DNA of 52,968 nucleotides, filler included, from Basidioascus undulatus (Eukaryota), in the NCBI GenBank assembly GCA_000826855.1. It is 3 parts of 3 records of this genome, joined end to end, with 100 filler letters (N's around TTAATTAATTAA, not from the genome) between each part and the next. Parts side by side here need not be neighbours in the genome. Positions count along the whole stretch, not along the records: positions 1 to 17,595 come from JTLS01000523.1; 2 more parts are not named here. One strand, written 5' to 3'. A program made the position numbers and the translations under genes. Positions 1 through 13,111 of this stretch are shown here, piece by piece; the stretch's first letter is position 1, and each line of letters opens with the position of its first letter. The notes beneath the pieces are model-generated. The model saw only the letters and a program-made list of their open reading frames with translations. It was not told the DNA's origin and ran no database searches.

Positions 1-1690
1 ATGGGTGCAGCGGCAGACCATCGTCATCGCCGGTCTTCGCTGGTCCTCGCTGGTCCTCGCTCGCTTCTCTGCCGCTGGTACCCATTTCCTCCCGCTTTCT
101 GTGCCCGCCCATGTGACTTATGTGACTTGGCAGCATCGGCTGTGCGCTCGATGGCGGTGCTCAGTCCGAGCGAGTCATATCCGACCCCAGGCCGAGCTGG
201 TCATCACAGAGGAGGCAAAACGCAGAGCTGCACCAGAAGGAGGCATTTCAGTCGCCGTTCCACGCCGCCCGCGGGGCGTATATCTGTATATCTGTACCGA
301 AAAGCAATGCGCATCGTGTGCCGCGCATGGCGGGCTTGCGCTAGACCGGGCAGGGCACGGCGACTCTTCTCACGTGCCGCAGCAGAGCACGCGGCCGTAC
401 GGCTGTGGAGATGCCACTCGGTGGGGCCGTCTGCTGCAGATGCGCTCTTGAGCCCGATGCGCTCCTGAGCCCTCTCGCAGAGTAGAAGGAGGAAGAGCTG
501 CAGAAATACATGTTCTGACCTCCGAGAAGAAAAGAAAAAAGAAAAGAAAAAAGGACGAAATCGAAGTAAAAGAAGCGTTGGATGCATCTCCACACTGCTC
601 TCTCGGTTGGACTCTTGCCACGCTGCGGACGCATGTACATCCGCCGCCGGCCCTCATGCGAATGCCGGGCGCACAAGGACGAAGATCTTAGCATGGATCG
701 ACCGCCGATCCATCAGTCAGGCGGCTCGAACTGTCAAGTGATACATACAGCACAGCGCGGACGCAAGGCGACCGAAGAGGACGCGAGGCGGAACATTTGC
801 TTGCTGGCGGGCTGGGTTTTGCAGCTAGCTCTGAGGAAACTCGACCCTCCCCGCGAGTCGCAGAAGGTGCATGTCGAGTAGAGTTTTGACGATAGCTAAG
901 AAGGTCGCTTTGTAGCAAGCACGAGCGTCGCATCGCATCCCATCGCGGACTCCGAGCTTGGCTTGCCGTGGACAGGGAGGAGGACGAGGCACATCCTTCC
1001 GTCCCTTGGCGACAACTGTCTTCGCCGCTCTCAGAGTTGATGACCGTGTCTTACTCTTTCGGGTGTCCGTCGCGCATGCGCATGTGTTCGAGTGGGTTGT
1101 TGGCGTTGAAGTCACGGGTGAGCGGGATATGCAGGTGCCCGTCGACGTTCCTATGCCCCAGCTTTCTAGCCCTCCGAGAACGATGAATGCCCCTGGCGGC
1201 GATGCACTATGAGGCAGAACTAAGATAGCGTTTTGCCCGATTCCGAGGCTCGAAGACGTGCTTATTACCGATATGAACACTTCTTCCCCCTTGCGCATCT
1301 TCCCTCTTTGTTTGACGCATTACCTTCTCTCCGCTCTTTGCCCTCCGTCTTTTACCCTTCTTTCGCCTTGAGGTTACACGTGATCGTGTCTTCATCCCCT
1401 TCGATCATGACGTTTACTTCCCTGCGCTCACATGGCCCTTTCACTCATGTTGTTGTTTTTCTCCTGCACACAAACACACCACTTCCGATACACTCCTCCA
1501 CGTTGTTGTTCTTAAAGCCATGATAAAAGGGCCACTTCATCATGTCTACTTTCGCTTGACGATAATACACTAGCTCCTGCTCGGCGGCTGAGTGCTGTTC
1601 ACTTCGATACTTATAACAGGCTGCTTTTCATCTCGCTCTTCTCGTCTACTCACTCTCCCGGCAAGTTTGAGAACTTCGCACTTACTGACC

Positions 1691-4282
1691 ATGATCAAGT
1701 CGGCACGTCTCCCCGTCCGATTCAATTGCTGCGGGTGCAGCCCTCAAGGACAAAGACGAATCTTACGCCCCATCTCCTTGCCCAAAGGCTTTACTGGCAC
1801 TCTTCCTTTGCTCTTTCGCCGCAGCCCAAGTCATCGTTCCCCAATTTCCCAGCTCTCTCGTCATCTTCCCGAACCGCGACTTCATCACCGTCGAAGGCTT
1901 TTCGGAACGCGGACCTCCGGCGGTCACCCCAGGGCAGACGGGCCTCGTCGAGGTCCGCCGCAAGATCGACAGGGTCGACCAAACGGTGGATGTCCAAATC
2001 GTCGGCTCTGCAACCGGCACCGTGTCTGGCGGCGATGTCGCGTTCGAAATCAACCACCCTGGCGGAAGCTGCTGGGGCGACGGCACGGACCTCAAGGTAA
2101 GTTCGCTTCTGTTGTTGGTGGTCCCGCAACAGCAGACCTCACATGCTCTCGTCTCCAGGTCACGCCCAACATCGTAGCGGGAGATGAGGTCTTCCTCTTT
2201 TTCGACGACGGTCAGGTGAGCACTCCACCCGCGGGACAAGGACTACATCGATTCTGAGCACTGACTCCCTTTTTTGTATCGGGACAGGCCGCGATGACGC
2301 CTGTCCTTAACGTCTCTGTCTTCGAGGGTATTCCTGAGCACACCGGTAACACGGTCATCGTCCGGGGCACGGTCGGTGCTGACGTGTTGAACAAAAACTT
2401 CATGGAATCGGTAAGTCTACCCTTCGGAGTGAGATTAAAAAATGAAACCCAGCCTTACCGACATCCCTTCAGCGCATCGTTAACCCCGATTTCGACGACA
2501 CGAGCGTCGGACGCCGCGACGTACGAGCCAATTGGGGGCCGCTGACGGACGCGCCGAAGGGCGGCTACAGGTCCGGCCTGGAGTTAGACCCATTAGACCC
2601 AACCGGAACCACTTGGAAGGCTACGTACGAGTTCGACGATGCGGCGGCTGCCGCCATCGCTGCGACAGGCACAGGTGCTCGCATCATGGCGTGGAACACC
2701 GAGGACCCCGCCGGCGACCCGCAGCAGCTCACCATCGCTGAGGCCGGCGAGTCTGACGGGCCTGGCATGGGCGGCTGCCCAGCCGGCCCAGGGGCTCTTC
2801 CTGCTCCCGTGGGATCCGCGCGCGTCGTACGCTCCGCCGACAAGCTCTCTTACGCGGTGTCGTGGATGCCGGTCGAAGCCGCCCCCGGCACTGCTGCCGT
2901 AACTGGATACAGGTGCGTTTTCCTGTTGCTCCATCTCTTCTTCTTTACTCTTATTTTTCCAGAATCTTTACACTCGGACACGTCTTCTATTATGGTCAAC
3001 AGCGTAGTTGCCGTCTCTCAGACGGCAATTCCCGGTTCTACGTAAGTCATCAATGCATTCGCGGGACTGCTGGAACTCTTGTTGATGTCTGCTTCCTGCA
3101 CTCAGCGACCTCGCTCAAACGAGCTTGCGCGCCAGCGCGTCCACGCCAGGTGTGACAATCAACGTCCCGGACACCAGCGACTACACTATTGAGGTCCGCT
3201 CGTTGGCGGGCCCTCGTATGTCCGAGCCGTTCCCGATCACCACCCCAACGTCAACCGATCCAGGCGGCGGCACCGACATTACCGCGCCCGAGGTCACGGC
3301 CTCCCCGCCCCCACAGGGCACAACTGTCGTGCAAACCTCGCAGGTAGAGCTCTCGACCGAGCCGGGCGCTCTCATCTTCTTCACGACGGACGGCAGCCCG
3401 CCGTACGTGAACGGCATGCCCGCCGCCAAAGCCGAACTGTACACCGCGCCAATAAAGATCACCCAGGAGAACACCATGTGCGTCACGCTCTCCTTTCACC
3501 ATCTGCACCACAGCGCTAATTTTATCTGGCGACTGCAGGCTCAGCTGGGCAGCATGGGACAGCGCGAGCAACTTCATGCCGGACCTAGGCGGCGTTTACA
3601 GTCCCCCTACCGCCTCCACTCAGCCGGGGCCGGCGCCAACACCTCTCCCCGACACCGGTACCTCGAGCGGCAGTCAGGCTACGGCTAACAGCGTGACGAT
3701 GCGGTGGGCCCCGCCTGTCGGGGCAACGCCCGAGAGCTACGTTGTCCGGCTGTTCAGCATTTCGCCGACGTCGCCGCCAACCAGAGACCCTGTCATGCTC
3801 CCAAACACGAACAATCCGAACAGGACGACGAGGGGTACTGCGCTCTCTGTATCTCCCTTGTACCCGCTGCTCGGCTACACGTTCGAGGTCGCGGGCGTTT
3901 ACAACGGCAAGGAGGGGGATATTGGCACGTTTGATGGCGTTCTCCGGCCCACCGATGCGATTACGGTCACCAACCGGTACATCTCGCCACATGCTGAATG
4001 CCATGCAGTGAAACTAACCCTTCACCGTCATTCAGGTGGAGGAGCAGGGACTTCCGCATTTCCATCACTGGCTCGCTTGGGTCGGCGACCATGAAGGTGA
4101 CAGTCAAGGCCTCAACGGGCGTCGACGTAGTGGTCGCCCAAAATGCGCCTTTGGTGACGACGCCAGGCCTCGCCGGCGGAACCCTCGACTTGCGGCCTTC
4201 AGGGTTCAACACCCAGCCTCAAAGCATTACCGTCGAGTCATCGGCGCGCGGCAGGAAAACCGTCCCAATTACGGTCGACTGA
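1691..4282 (+). CDS. Secreted multidomain protein: signal peptide, conserved N-terminal domain of unknown function, FN3-like domain, chitobiase/beta-hexosaminidase C-terminal (Fn3-associated) domain, second FN3-like domain; about 9 exons
   Basis: Spliced reading: MIKS/ALLALFLCSFAAA-QVIVPQFPSSLVIFPNRDFITVEG...AFEINHPGGSCWGDGTDLK/VTPNIVAGD...RIVNPDFDDTSVGRRDVRA...GPGMGGCPAGP...IFFTTDGSPP...YTAPIKIT...LSWAAWDSASN...SVTMRWAPP...YTFEVAGVY. Introns at about 1703-1787 (GC-AG), 2097-2158, 2216-2287, 2411-2472, 2913-3003, 3042-3105, 3479-3538 and 3977-4035 keep the frame to TGA at 4282. Confidence 0.85.
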
Positions 4283-4749
4283 TGGAGCCATGGTAGGCGG
4301 GGATGGGACCTTGGGTCGCGGACTTTCTTCCTATTTCTGGGCTTGACGTTGTCTCATGTACTCTTATTTCTTTTCGGTTTGCTTTCTTCTTGCTTTTTGT
4401 CGCGTCTTTTCGCTTTAATTTCTTCTTGTTTTTTGTCGCGTTCTCAACGCAGGCTGATCAACAGAACACCTTTGCCGTTCTGTACTGAAGCCGCGCAATG
4501 CACTGCACGGCTGCCCAGCGCTCCTTGTCTGAAAACCATGTCCCTCGCTGGCATCGCGTACATATGTGTATGTACGTGCGTCGTGTTGCAACGTGAACAT
4601 GAGCAGATTAAGATTCTTAAGGCTTCGCTATCTTCCAGCTGAACACAGGTGACCCTACATGCATGCCGGCCAGCCCTGTGGACCCCTAACATGGACAGGC
4701 AGAGTTTGGATTTGTCTGTCCAAAAACGACTTTGACGCAACAAATCGTA

Positions 4750-5760
4750 TGTTCATGCTCACCTCAATACTTCCTTACGCGCCTCCAACACCTCCGCAAC
4801 AGCTTTAAGGGAATCACTGAATGTCAGTCTCCTCTACGGCGAAGCTGAGCGAGAGCTCTCGTCGTTAGGTGGCTCATGGCAGTCACGCAGGGCTGCAACA
4901 ATCTTACGCAGTCACCCGCGCCAAGCATGGGCTCCATCAGAATCGCAGCGAGGTCGTGGTGCGGGGCGACGACAAAGTTCTTCGGGCAGCAAATGCCGTC
5001 AAAAGGAAATGGGTCTGCGTGCAAACGATCAGGCCGAGATACTTACATACGGCGCCTTGAGAACGTACAACTGCACTTCCCCGCACCTTTGGCGCCCTCT
5101 TCGGTCTTGGGAAGCTCGCAGTGGCTGAGCATTGAGTCGTGATATCCCCCACAAAAACGAGAACTTCGGAGCGTCCCGTGAACTTAAGAGAGGTCGACAG
5201 TGCGAGCACCTTGGCTTCGGTTCCGAAATTGGCGAAACGGATGATTCGATGGAGGGGAAACGTTGTCGAAGCAGCGACGGCAAGCGTGCAATCAATGATA
5301 CGACCAAAACAACATCATGAATGTGACCCCCCTACAAGGGAAAACTCACCTCGGGCGGGCGCTCCTGCTCCACGGGCTCGAGCCTTTTCAGAACCACAGT
5401 CACGGGACCTGACTCCACGATCACGTTGTCACTGCGCGAAGGCGTGAGAATGCCAGATAATAAAGCTGTAGAGGACTAATCCGAGCCTTATAGACTTACT
5501 GTCCGTCGTCACCGCGAAGCTTCGAGCCTTGAAGGTCCAGGTGAACAACTTGGCTCGGACGCTCCCCTCCTTCCAACCCGACGGGCCATCGATGATGTCG
5601 TTCAAGATATTGTATATATCCCAAGTGCTTTGTCAACACCACCGTCAAGGTCTATATGCACAAGAAGAAAAAAAAGAAAAACCCCTCACCTCATCCGCGA
5701 CGTCCGTCGCAGGAAGATGTCGAAGCCTCTTGTTTCGAGCAGCGTTCTTGCCGTCAATCT
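4750..5760 (-). pseudogene. Degenerate class-III aminotransferase (glutamate-1-semialdehyde aminomutase-like)
   Basis: Minus strand gives RQRFPSIE/(frameshift)IRFANFGTEAKVLALSTSLKFTGRSEVLVF/(frameshift)GGYHDSMLS, then AAILMEPMLGAGDC. These match the RF-NSGTEA, GGYHG and AAILxEPxxG motifs. Weak upstream remnants (QGSKLRGDDG, HSH) are also present. There are multiple frameshifts and large deletions; boundaries are approximate. Confidence 0.75.
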
Positions 5761-6719
5761 GGCAAAGCTAGTTCAATTAGCATATGGTGATGCATATTCG
5801 AAAGTGCAACAAGAAGAGATACGCACGAGTCTTCTGCCCCACTGTTTGCGAATATCTTCACGGTCCTTCAAAGTCCGGAAGAACAGGCCGTTGTTTGTAG
5901 CCCACCGGACCATTGGGGAAGGCCGTCGAGTATCCCAAGGGTCGCTAACAGACGCGATCGTTAAGGCGAAGCCACGAACAGAGACAGGGCAGCAGATTGA
6001 TCCAAAGGCGATGAGAGAGCGAAAGGTGCGCGGGATGCTGAACTGTCGGCGCTGGAAGCAGGTGGGAGAAGTGGTTCAGGAAGTGGAACGGGGTTTGAGA
6101 TATCTTAAGGGACGCAGGATTTGTGGAGGGGAAGGGTGCGTGAAGGCGGAGCGTCGAGTGAAGTGGTGAGGGCTAGGAAGCGGAATATTTCGTTGAAATG
6201 GGTTGCTGCGGAACGTGAGCCGGTGAGCCGGCTTGTCTTGCGCTCCCTGTACTTTCGAGGCTCACGCAAACATTGCGTTCTGTTCCGGTGCGCGGATGGG
6301 AAGGTCAGAACTTGTGGCAATCGGTTCAAAACTCATGCACTACTCTCACCGCTTGATCATGTGTCCAGTTTACGTTTTTGAGTAGCCTCGTCTGCGTCAG
6401 ACTGGGACTCATTGGCACAGTGTGCGTGCGTGAGCCGCTCCCAGCTCTTTCTTCTGGGATGAGCATCAGGTTGCAAAGGTGTTCCCTGGCTGCAGATTTG
6501 AGAGACTATTTGACGGAAGTTAAAGCATCCGAGCGATCGTGTAAAGCTCACGAAGGCCGTATTGCAGTGACGACCCTCCTCGGCGTCCTTCAGCGGGCAA
6601 GGAATAAAGGTAATCAAAACAGTACTAAGCGGCCAGCATCAAGTATCCAGCATCATGCATGTCTCCCGTCTCCTCTATGCCAGCTCCCGCACACAAGTCT
6701 CCCCCTCCCGCTCGTCGAC

Positions 6720-9060
6720 TCATCGCACTTTGAACATGCCGACCTCGGTCTTCCCCTCCCGCGCAGAGTCGGCACCGCCCTGCACGCTGTAGTGAATCTC
6801 GACGTCGAGCTCGCGCGAGTTGTCGGTGCTCTTGAGGCAGTGGAACGTGCCGGAGATGGTCGTTCCTGTTCACCCGTATGGTGTGAGCAGGAGCCGTCGA
6901 GGAAGGAAAAGGGGAAAAGTGGGGAAGGGGGCGAAAAGAGATGACAAACCTTCTTTGACCTCAATCGGCTGGCGCAGCAAGAACAGCGTCTGCTTCCAGT
7001 GCGTCGCCGTGCCCTGCGGGCCAGTCGTGAAGCTGACTTCCCGTCCCTCGCCGTCCTCCTTGCCCCCATCCGGTCCCTTGAAAGTCTCCTCCTTCGGCGG
7101 GTCCACGGTGTTGCATTCCCGCTCGTCGGGGACGGGCTCGCCCGAGGGCGTGAAGAACGTGTCGAAGTAGCCGAGGAAGGCGTGGACTGTCCCCGCGCGC
7201 GTGGCGCGGATGGTGAAGGGCGTGCGGAAGGAGAGCTGCGGGATTTGGATGGTGGAGATGGGGAGTTCCTGTGCGGGGAAAGGGGTTAGTGAGGAGAAGG
7301 GAGGGGGAGGGAAAGGGGAAGGGAAAGGGCACCTTGATGCTCGTGACTGAGGTGATGAGCGCCGAGGAGGAGACGACGTCGACCATCGCCTCGTCGTAGA
7401 CCTCCGAAGCCATCGAGGACATGTTGAAGCCTAGGCGTTTGGCGGACGATGGCAATTAGTAAGACAGCCCACGAAAGAAGCAGGTTAAAGACAAGCAGGA
7501 GCGACACACCGTATATGTCGGACCAGAACAAAACCTTGTCGCGAACGAGCTCGTCATCCTGTACCGCGCCGAGCATGATCCGGCACTGGCTCGGGGCCAG
7601 CACGCCCCCGGGGCGGAGGAAGCGGTCGCGCGCGACGAGCACGGAGTCGAGCATCGCCTCGTAGAGGACTGGGGACGGAGAGAGGTTAACGCGAGGAAAG
7701 AAGAAAGAAGAGAGATGGTCAAGGTAGGGGACACACGGAAGTAACCCATCCACTCAGAGATGACAATGTCCACCTTGTCCACGGGAAGGGTGATCTCCTC
7801 AACCTTCCCCCGAATCACACTGTCTCCCCACCCAGCATCTCCGGTCAGCCTCTCCGCCTCGTCGCAGTACCCAAAAAGCAAAGGAGATGAAACGCACGTG
7901 ATGACACCCTCCGCCCCGTTATCCTTGATGTTCCTCCTGGCCTTCTCAACGACCTCGCTCGCGTCGATCGCGAAGACCTTCTTCGCGCCTGCCCTCGCGG
8001 CGAAGAGACTCAAGATCCCCGAGCCGCACCCGACGTCGAGGACGGTCGCGCCCTTGAAGAGCTTCGGGTTGGAGAGGATGAACTGCGCGTAGGAGGCGGT
8101 GCGGACATGGTCCTTGAGCATGATCTCGTGGATGTCGTTCGACGAGTAGGATTGGAAGTAGTGCTGCGCCCACGCCAAGCAACAACCCCATTCCAGATCA
8201 GTTTCTTGGGGAAAAGAAAGCAGGGAAAAGAGGGGAGAAAAGAAAACGAACAGTGTCGTCGTCACGCTCCGGCTTTGCAGGCGCGTCGCCGGCCGCCCTG
8301 TCCGCAGCGGCTGCCTCGCTGAAGGCTTCAGGACGGAGCTGGGTTTGTACAAGTTGACGGAAGTCGGAGAGGTCCCCGCGGGCTTGCGCGAGCTGCGCCT
8401 CGAGCTCGCGGATCTTGCGCTGTGCGTGGGGGAGGTCGCCCGCCGGCGCGGCGCTGCCCTCGTCGTCGGACCAGTCGTCAGAGTCAAGCTCGAGCTCTAA
8501 AAGCGGGGTGCGAGATGAGTTTAGAGATGAGGTGGAGAAGAGTGAATGAGGAAAGGAACAGGGTAGACGGACGGAGGAGAGGGTCGTCAGGGATGACTGG
8601 GACGAGGTACTCGTCCGCGGAGAGGAACGCTTCTTGGCCGGTGAGCTTGGCGAGGTCCGCTGCAGGAGGACACTGGGAGCGTATGTAGTTCACGAGGCGG
8701 ATAGACTGGTGGAAGTCGAGTGCTGGCCATCCCCTCCCTGTCAGCACTCGCTTCGGTCTTCCAGACGTCCCAGCGCAACTCACCCAGTCTCCCCGCAACC
8801 TCCTTCAAATCAAACCCAAATTTCTCCCGGTCCCACGCGAGCGCCTCCTCCGGCGTAGGGAGGAACTTGCCCTCCTCGAACAGCGAGCGCGTCGCATGCG
8901 CCGCCGCCTCATCTGCGTCTTCCTCCCAGCCTTCGAAGTCGTCCGGCTCCGAGTCGGACGAGGAGGCGGAGGAGCCCGAGTAGGAGGGGGCACGGGCGCT
9001 GGTGGAAGGGCCTGGCACCGCGGCGGCGGAGGAGGAGGGGACGCCGACCTGATAGCTCAT
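6720..9060 (-). CDS. RMT3: Protein arginine N-methyltransferase 3 (ribosomal protein S2 methyltransferase), multi-exon
   Basis: Motifs YFQSYSSNDIHEIMLKDHVRT, VLDVGCGSGILSLFAARAGAKKVFAID, VDIVISEWMGY and THWKQT. The acidic N-terminus with the LDFHQSIRLVNYIRS segment is typical of PRMT3. ATG at 9060, TGA at 6720-6722. Confidence 0.93.
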
Positions 9061-9499
9061 GGTGAAGGTGAGGGTGGGCAACAGAGAAGACGAAACCCGG
9101 CGTGGGCTGCCGTGCGACGAAGTTCTGGCCGGATGCAAACGCGCGGTGCAGGGGCGGACAGTCCGCGGCCAGGCGAGGGCTGCCGCCCGTCTGTGCAGTC
9201 GTTTGCACAAGTCCCGCAACATGTCACTTTCTGAAGGTGGTATTACAGGGTAAAGGAGGGATTCAAGGCCCTTGGAGGAACACCGGCATCGTGGTCTGAG
9301 TCATGACAGACAAACCGACACTGCCGCCTGAAGCAGCTCTTCCAAGCCTCTTGGGATACACCAGATAGGTATCACCCTGCAGGCTGCTCGCATTGCTACA
9401 CCCCCTCGCCTAGGAGCTCCGACCCTGCCGGATCGCCTCAAGGGCGGCCGTATCGGAGATGCCGCAAGACAGCGCACGATGAGCATGGTCGTTTACAGG

Positions 9500-10112
9500 A
9501 GCAAGCGAGTTAACTGACGTTGTGATGAAGGAACACTCCACATTCCTTGGCCTCTCTGGGAGGGCTGCCGCAGAAGAAGAGCTGAATGAAGTGACACGAG
9601 CGATGCGATCGAATGCTCTGGCACAGGTATCACGTACGTGCAAGGCCATCCACGCGGCGTTCAAGTCGAGAAAGGGACGACCTGATCTCCGTAAGCGCGG
9701 AATTTTCTGCCGGTGCGCGTGCGAGTCTGTCGAGCACGGCTGTGTTGGTCTGCATGGCGCTCGTAAGGGCGCAGATGACCGCCCCGAGGGCGTCCTGGCC
9801 TGGGGACGAGGTAGATGAACGATCCACGCCGGCGTTCATCGACGAGGGAGGCTGTTGGTTACACAGAAGAGCAAGGCTCAGCAGTCTTGTCCTTGACGGA
9901 CTTTCCAGGACAAATGTCACTCGTACCGGAGGAGAGCCAGACGCGGAGGAAGAAACAGTATGCGGGCGTTCTGCTGCAATGGTCGCCGAGGACGTATCGT
10001 CAATAGCTGTATTCGGCTCATAGGCATTTATAGACGTCACCGGCGGTGCAGGGTCCGGTGCCTTGGAGGTACGCGTGCGCTCAGCCGAAGCTCGAGGTCG
10101 CCTGGGACGCAT
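9500..10112 (-). CDS. Hypothetical spliced protein with a short coiled coil (possibly decayed)
   Basis: ORF 10112-9630 contains an in-frame GTACGA...GCTGAG...CAACAG intron-like segment and the coiled-coil-like ALTEIRSSLSRLERRVDGL, followed by another GTACGT...CAG intron. No family recognised; 3' end uncertain. Confidence 0.35.
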
Positions 10113-11843
10113 TTTGGCCTGGTGCGGCTCAACCCAACGTTAGCGGTGAGGCGATGATTTGCACCGGCAGGACAGGAGACACCACTTGAATCTTCAAATT
10201 GCTGATGTCTGAACTGGCGGCATTTACAGATCAGTTGACTTGCTCAAGTGCCGTCAGGCGCAAAGATCGCGCAAGGTCGTGGCCCGAGGGTTTCTGAAAC
10301 GAAGCGAACGCAATAAGGAGCCATATCATTGTGCGTGTATAGCAAGAGCAACACGAACCAGAGATGTGAGGATTCGTGTAGGTTCCGGCCGGAGGCGGGC
10401 AAGCTCGTTGCGTACCGAGGCAGGCGGCAGCGCTGACGGGAGATGCTGAGGGGACAAGATTAGCCAAAAAAGACCTATTTAGACAGTTAGGTATCTTCGC
10501 GAGACGTGCATGTGCCAGCTCTTTCGAAACTCGGGGGATCTGTGAGGGGCGCCCCTTTAGTCAGTCTTGTTCCGCGCTCGCCAGCAAGCCCTGAACATGC
10601 CTTTTACCTCGATTCCCGGTCCAGAAGAATTTCCTGAGGGCGCATCTGAGACATGAGCCGAGGTCTACGGGAAAAGGCTTATGAGGTTCGACGAGGTCAG
10701 CAGAAAAATAAAGGAGGTTAGAGTTCGTGCAAGACCGACCACCGCCTCGGTGCGTGCTCGGTGAATCGTACGCTTTAGCGCCTGATATATGGCATACGTG
10801 AGTTTAGGTGTTTGTCAAGTTGCTAGGAGAAAACACACCACAACTTCAAGCTTCAAGCTGCCAGAATTTGCACCTTGTATGCACCAGTTGAGTTGCTCGA
10901 GTTCGGTCAATCGGAATGCCCTTGCACGCTTCCAGAGCGACGAATTCTTACATAAGAGGTGATCAGAGGAAGTTCGGCCAGGGTGAGTACTTAGTGTTGA
11001 TGTCATGACGCACGAGCGACGACACCAGCGAGGTGGGTCCGGGCGGAGACGGCGGAGCTCGCGTTGCAGCATAGGATGCGGAAGCGGTGTTGAGCAAAAC
11101 TGGCCAGGAGACATGGAACGCCACTGTGTATGGGACAAGCGGCTGGTGAGCCGGAGTACGCTAGCTGTGATACGATGAGACTTGCCTCTGCGAGTTGCAG
11201 AGAGACGCCCTAGTCCGGTGCGAAGTGGACGGAGGGCGTCAGCTAGTATATCAGCAACGTTGCCTTTGCGCGAGAAGGGACCGGCTCCTCTTTCTTTTCC
11301 CGGGGTACAGGAGAGCCTCGCCTTCCCCCAGTTGCCGAGGAGCGACAGCGAGAGGGCTCAGGCGCTGCTGCAGAAGCCCTGTTTCACCCCGCTCGCAACA
11401 CATCAGCTCACTGTCTTCGGGCCAGAAAGTAGCATCAGTTACGCACGGCGCGCCAGCATCTTGAGCGCTGGGTGGGAGGAATGGGTGTTCAGTGATCGTG
11501 ACTTCGGCTCTGAGGCTTCTCTTGCGCGCCGTAACCTCCTTTACGTAGTCAAAGTTTATTTTTGATTCGCTTCTTGTTATCGCGCGGATGGATTGAGCAC
11601 AATAATGCCTGCCATCGGTATGTGCTTCAGTGGTTATCGTCAAGCACCAAGAGTCATAACGAATGAACAGGGGAAAACAAAATAGAAGTTGATAAGATTA
11701 CCACCGCCCCTTGAAACGCCAAACTACCTGTGACGCAACATCGTGTGCACGACCGACGGAGAGTGCTCTCTGGCTCTCACCGCCGCCACCACCACCACAC
11801 ATCTGCAGTGATCCGCCGTATGCTACGAATCTCTTAGAAAATT

Positions 11844-13111
11844 ATGTCGGATTCCGGCAGCCCTCCAACGCCCCCGCGGCGGACGCTCCTCTCTCTCCCG
11901 CCGGAGTTGCTCTCTCATATCCTCTCCTTAGCGCTCGTCCTCCCCGAAGACGCAGTCTCGCAGGCACGGACAGGCCCCGAGAGCGCGCGGCCGCTCGCGC
12001 TGGAGTCTGTGAGGACACGGAGGCGGGTAATTCGGGTTTGCAGGACATTCTATGTGAGTCTGCATGGCTGTCCTTTCCATCGTGCAATTGGAGATTGATG
12101 AAGCTGGCGTGGCACGTCAAACAGGACCTCGCGCAGCCGTGGCTTTCGCACCAGCGCATCGTACTCTCCCCGGAATCATTCCCCTTCTCCTCCTCTTCCC
12201 ACCCACAACCGTCCGCGCCATACCCCGTTCTCTCAGTGATCTACGAGCCCCTCCCTCATCTGCGCTTCCCGTCGCTCGACCCGCTGTTCGCGGGGCTACC
12301 GCACCTTCCGCAACTCCAACACCTTCATCTCCCCCGGACTACGCGCATCGACCTCTCTCTCCTTCTCCCCACTCTCTCCGCGCACACGTCGCATCTCCGC
12401 ACCCTGAGCCTCGGCGCGATCCGCGAGACGGACGACCTTTGGGCCCTCCTTGCCGCGCTCCCATCTCTACGCACCCTCGAACTCGCCAGCCTCGGCCACG
12501 CACCGAGCTGGGCTGTCATTCGGCGCCCCGCGACGGTCCTCTCTGCCATGAGCGACTGGGTGCCGGACGACGAGCCCGTGCATTCTCACGCCGCGCTGGA
12601 GAGCCTCGCGATCGATCGCCTCTTTGACGGCTCGGAGGGCTCGCTACTCCGCGCGCACTTGCCTAATTTGGTGCATCTCCAGCTGTCCACGCACACAGCG
12701 TCCTTCTCTCTCGCCCTCAATCGTATCGTCGGGCTCGGCTCGCTCCGCTCCCTCGCACTGCGAAGCGAAGCGCAGCGGCCGGACGAGCTCGTCGACGCGC
12801 TGCTCCGGCTCGAGGCGTTCCTCGACGCGCTGGCGGGTGCGGGATCGCTCGGTGCGCTGGAGGAAGTCCGAATCGTGGGCAGCACGCCGGTGCTGAGGAC
12901 GGGCGGGCTGGGCGGACTCGTGCACGAGCACACACCGCGGGCTGAGGAGGAGGCCGATCGCGTCTGGCGGGAGGTCGAGGGCGACGGTCGACTTGAAGGC
13001 CTCGAGAGCCGGCTTGCTTGGCTTGTGAGGAAGCTTGGGGCGGCCGGGGTGGAGGTGCGGAACGGGGAGGGTAGGGAGTTTGGGATGAGGGCGTTTTGTG
13101 CGGGCAGATGA
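11844..13111 (+). CDS. F-box-like / leucine-rich-repeat protein, 2 exons
   Basis: N-terminal LLSLPPELLSHILSL...VIRVCRTFY. Intron 12054-12124 (GTGAGT...CAG). Repeated LxxLxL segments follow (LQHLHL, LRTLSL, LRTLEL, LVHLQL, LRSLAL). Confidence 0.8.

Noticed and set aside
1..1500. Overlapping 100-155 aa ORFs and short duplications at the window start
   Set aside because: No recognisable domain or consistent exon chain.
10200..11700. Scattered ORFs and splice-like signals
   Set aside because: I could not build a coherent gene or recognise a family; possibly decayed sequence.
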